The notes beneath the pieces were generated by a model. The model saw nothing but the letters and a program-made list of their open reading frames with translations. It was not told where the DNA came from and did no database searches. Below are positions 60,479 to 64,000 of a DNA stretch of 64,000 nt, piece by piece. The first letter of the stretch is position 1; each line of letters opens with the position of its first letter. This DNA comes from Mustelus asterias (taxonomy: Eukaryota). The DNA lies in contig NC_135816.1 in the NCBI RefSeq assembly GCF_964213995.1, forward strand, positions 61,442,001 through 61,506,000. The letters are read 5' to 3'. Made by a program: the position numbers and the translations under genes.

Positions 60479-62139
60479 TGCCCTCCAACTATCACAGACC
60501 TTTCTGTTATGGACAGGAGAGAGACAAACTGAACTTCTTTATCCTCTTCCTATCTGTCCATAAGCAGAAAATATTTGCAATTATTTTAAGTAGGCTGCAG
60601 CATGTTTCAAAAACCCCTAGTTTATGTGATCTAATTTTAAGTAATTCACAGCAAGCTCACATTATTATTAACTCAGGAGGTTAGTTTTTTCACACATGCA
60701 AACCCACAATATCCTATTCCACTGCGCGTGCCCATGCACACATGCACACACACACCCACACACACAGTAAGAGAAGATAGAAAAAAAAAAGTTTTACAAC
60801 TATAGACAGGAACAGTAAAAGAGCCCATAAATGAACATTAGTTCACATGATTATTCGAGTCAGAGGCAGAATCCAGTAACCCATTCTTTCACATAGGAAT
60901 CTGGGTTTAGCTGGATAAAGATAGGAGGTGTAGTGTGTTCTTTACAGTTGGTGCTGATACCGCAACAAGTTAGTACATAGAGACTGGGTCAGTTCTGCAG
61001 ACAATTGTAAGAAATCTTCCAGCAGGGATAGACTTCAAGGAGCAGGCTGTTGGTCAGCCTGGAGTCCTGCTCCTTAATGTTCACAGGTTGGATGTTAAGC
61101 AACAGACTCCTTGGGGATGATATTAAGCCCATGCTTGCTGTCTGATGAAATGGCGGCAGGGTTCAAGATTCGACGAAACCCCAGAAGACGCAGATCTCAC
61201 CAGCAAGATCACGACTTCCAATTTTCGCCACACCTCGCCAGTGACGTTAACAGGTTCACATCTATAATGGGCGTGAACCTGATTGAACATATTTAAATAC
61301 CATCAGCATTGTTTACAACAGGTACACCAGACATGAACCAGTTGTGCCGATCCCCCCAGAGGGCAGAAAGGTAAGTATAGCCTCTGGGGGAGAAGAACAT
61401 AGCCAAGCAGTTCCTTGACAATGCCCCCTGGCACTGTTCCTTGGCACAGGTTGGCACTGTCAGGTTGGCACCATGTCAACCTGGGAATGGCAACCTAGCA
61501 GTCCCAACCTGTGCTGAAGGGCATTGTCAGGAACGGACCCCGATAGGTGCCTCAATGGGGAGGGGGGATTCATTTATTTGTGGTGGTGGGGAGGAGCAGA
61601 CGAGGGGGCTGGGGATGTGCTGGTTTTGGGAGGGGGGGCCTGGGTACTGGCGTTGACTGTGTGGGTGGGAGGTTGGGGAAAAGGGGTCCGATGTTCAGGG
61701 GTAAGTGGGGGGGGGGGGGGGAGCGGGGGGTGCCAGCACTGACTGCTGGAGGGGTTGGAGGGGAAATGCTGGCTCCAATTGAGGAGGATGGGAAGAAATG
61801 CCGGCTCTAATCAGGGGGTGGGGGTGCTGGCTCCAATCAGGGAGGGAGGGCACCTACCAAGAGGGGAGGGAGGGGGGAGGGAAGCCTCTGAGACCTCCGT
61901 GGTGGGATAGGGGAGGTCATTGTTCAGTCTGAATCGAGCACCATTTAAACATGCCATTTTTCTCACCGGAACCAACGTGGCCATTATTTGGTCAGATTTC
62001 ACCTCTTGTGAGACCGAATATTTAATGTTAATAATGTCCATGAAGCCATGAGGCATCAGTCATGTGACATGGCACATTAATGAGCTCATAGCAGCTTAGA
62101 AATCAGTTTCTGGATTTCGGGACAGAATCCATTGTTCAC

Positions 62140-62399
62140 CCTCAGGGGAGAGACGAGGTGGTTAGTTTCATCTCTTCGGGTATATCTCTCTCTTTCAATC
62201 TCTCTCTCTGACAGTTCAGGTTGGAGAGCCAGTTCATCTACATTTCCTGTGCTTTTGTTGATTACAAGGGGTTTGTAAGGAGGTGTGAAATTCCGCAGGC
62301 TGAGAGAGGAAATATTTTGTTTTTGCAACTGCTGCTGGAACTTTTCGGAAGCTGTGATCAATCTTGTGGTCGGGTGGCCTGTAGCAGTCATCTTATGGT
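62140..62399 (-). CDS. Candidate stalk exon of gene C
   Basis: tttgctag acceptor, open 86-codon frame (D)HKMTATGHPTTRLITAS..VSPLR; donor (gtgaac) is weak. Confidence 0.4.
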
Positions 62400-62716
62400 C
62401 TAGCAAAGACCATTTTAACAATAACAAGAATCAGTAAAATGTGAAGTATATGTTTCTTTCATGTCTAATGGATACAATAGTCCTTTACACTCTTCTTCCC
62501 CATTTCACTTTCTCAGACTCTATCATATCTCTGTATTCCCTCAGTTCCGACGAGAGTCATCGAACCGAGGCTGCAGGTCACAGGTATTTGCAGCATTTCC
62601 TGTCCTGATTTCAGATACCTAGTGGTATTTTGCTCCTGCCCTGGTCACCAAGTCTTGCTCAAACACCTGAGAAAATATTCTGCCAAATCCTCCCCAAAGT
62701 CAAATTAGCTTATTAC

Positions 62717-62794
62717 CTGCTGACCATCCCGTGGGGGTAAAGATGGTGTCCTTTCCTCTACTACAGCCATTTCTGCCTTCAGCCATCTTTGCAT
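62717..62794 (-). CDS. Candidate 78 nt exon of gene C
   Basis: ttttcag acceptor, CAG|gtaata donor, open in phase 0 and phase 1. Confidence 0.4.
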
Positions 62795-63185
62795 CTGAAA
62801 AATGGTACAAAGGCAGTCATGAGATAAAAGAATAAAAATCAGGGGTGAGCCATCACCTATCCAAACGCAGCCCAAAAAGAGTGATTGGAGTGGAAATAGC
62901 CATACAGGTGGTTTTCAGGAGGAAATCACATGACGGTAACATTTTGAAAAGGACAAGGTACTGCATCCTGTCAAAAGCTTTGCAATGTCCAAGACAAATA
63001 ATGCACCAAAATATTTCAGGTCAGCTCAGCTGCCAAGACTGGAGACAGCCTTGAATGAAATGGGCAGGACATCTGCTCTTATTTTCTCTTCAAACAGAGG
63101 TTTAGCTCGTCATTGAATAACTGTGTTATTTCCTATGTGTACAATCTAAATTTGGGAAATAATCACCTTCCAATATTTAAGGGTG

Positions 63186-63676
63186 AAATTACCATTGGCA
63201 ATGTCATCGCAAGATCACAGAATAATTGCAGGCAAGAAAGATTGGGTTCGGGTTTGTACTCGTTGGAGTTTAGAAGGCAGAGGGGGGATCTTATAGAGAC
63301 CTATAAGATAATGAAGGGGCTGGATAGGGTAGAGGTGGAGAGATTCTTTCCACTTAGAAAGGACGCTAGAACTAGAGGGCACAGCCTCAAAATAAAGGGG
63401 GGTCAGTTTAGGACAGAGTTGAGGAGGAACTTCTTCTCTCAGAGGGTGGTGAATCTCTGGAATTCTCTGCCCACTGAAGTGGTGGAGGCTACCTCGTTGA
63501 ATATGTTTAAATCACGAATAGATGGATTCCTGATCGGTAAGGGAATTAGGGGTTATAGGGATCAGGCGGGTAAGTGGAACTGATCCACTTCAGATCAGCC
63601 ATGATCTTATTGAATGGCGGGGCAGGCTCGAGGGGCTAGATGGCCTACTCCTGCTCCTATTTCTTATGTTCTTATG
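63186..63676 (+). mobile_element. Short young CR1 3' fragment
   Basis: Nearly identical to 46560-46990. Confidence 0.92.
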
Positions 63677-64000
63677 AGAAAGGCTACTACGACCATTTGA
63701 GCTCATCGATCCAGGAGGTTCCTCCATTGCTTTGTTCTCTTCTTTTCTGCTAAAACTATTGGAACTCAGAGTGCATTCCCAGCGTCGATCACACTTTATG
63801 TTTTTTCTTTAGTTTTATCTGGGATGTGAGCTGGAAAAATCTGCCATTATTCCTTTTCCCTAATTGCTCTTGAGAAAATGGTAAACAATCTTCTTGAACT
63901 GCTGAATTCTGTGCGGTATTGTTACAGCAACAGGGTGGAAGACAGTAGCTCCAGGATTCTGACCCAGTAACAAAGAAGGAACATCAATATGCTTTAAAGT

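Overview
Repeat-dense vertebrate genomic DNA, almost certainly a shark or other elasmobranch (HE1/V-SINE-like, SacSINE-like and CR1/HER1-like repeats). The host content is a minus-strand tandem array of TIM-family (HAVCR1/TIMD4-like) IgV-mucin-TM receptor genes produced by a ~25-35 kb segmental duplication (roughly 270-28500 is paralogous to 35225-58300). Gene A has its signal and IgV exons here and its 3' part runs off the left edge. Gene B has signal, IgV, two mucin-like exons and a TM exon. Gene C has stalk and TM exons, with its 5' part off the right edge. A and B carry different exon-disrupting insertions: a SINE in A exon 1 and a hammerhead-bearing Penelope fragment in the B IgV exon. 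The rest is mobile DNA: many Penelope-like elements (PLEs; RT + GIY-YIG, hammerhead ribozyme motifs, inverted or palindromic ends, 7-13 bp TSDs), CR1 LINEs (one with an intact ORF2), PIF/Harbinger-like non-autonomous TIR elements (one carrying an RPL39 retrocopy), SINEs, Rex1, L2-like and Gypsy fragments, and a U2-snRNA-headed polyA retroposon. All calls are from reading the sequence by eye; element boundaries are approximate and exon calls need RNA-seq.
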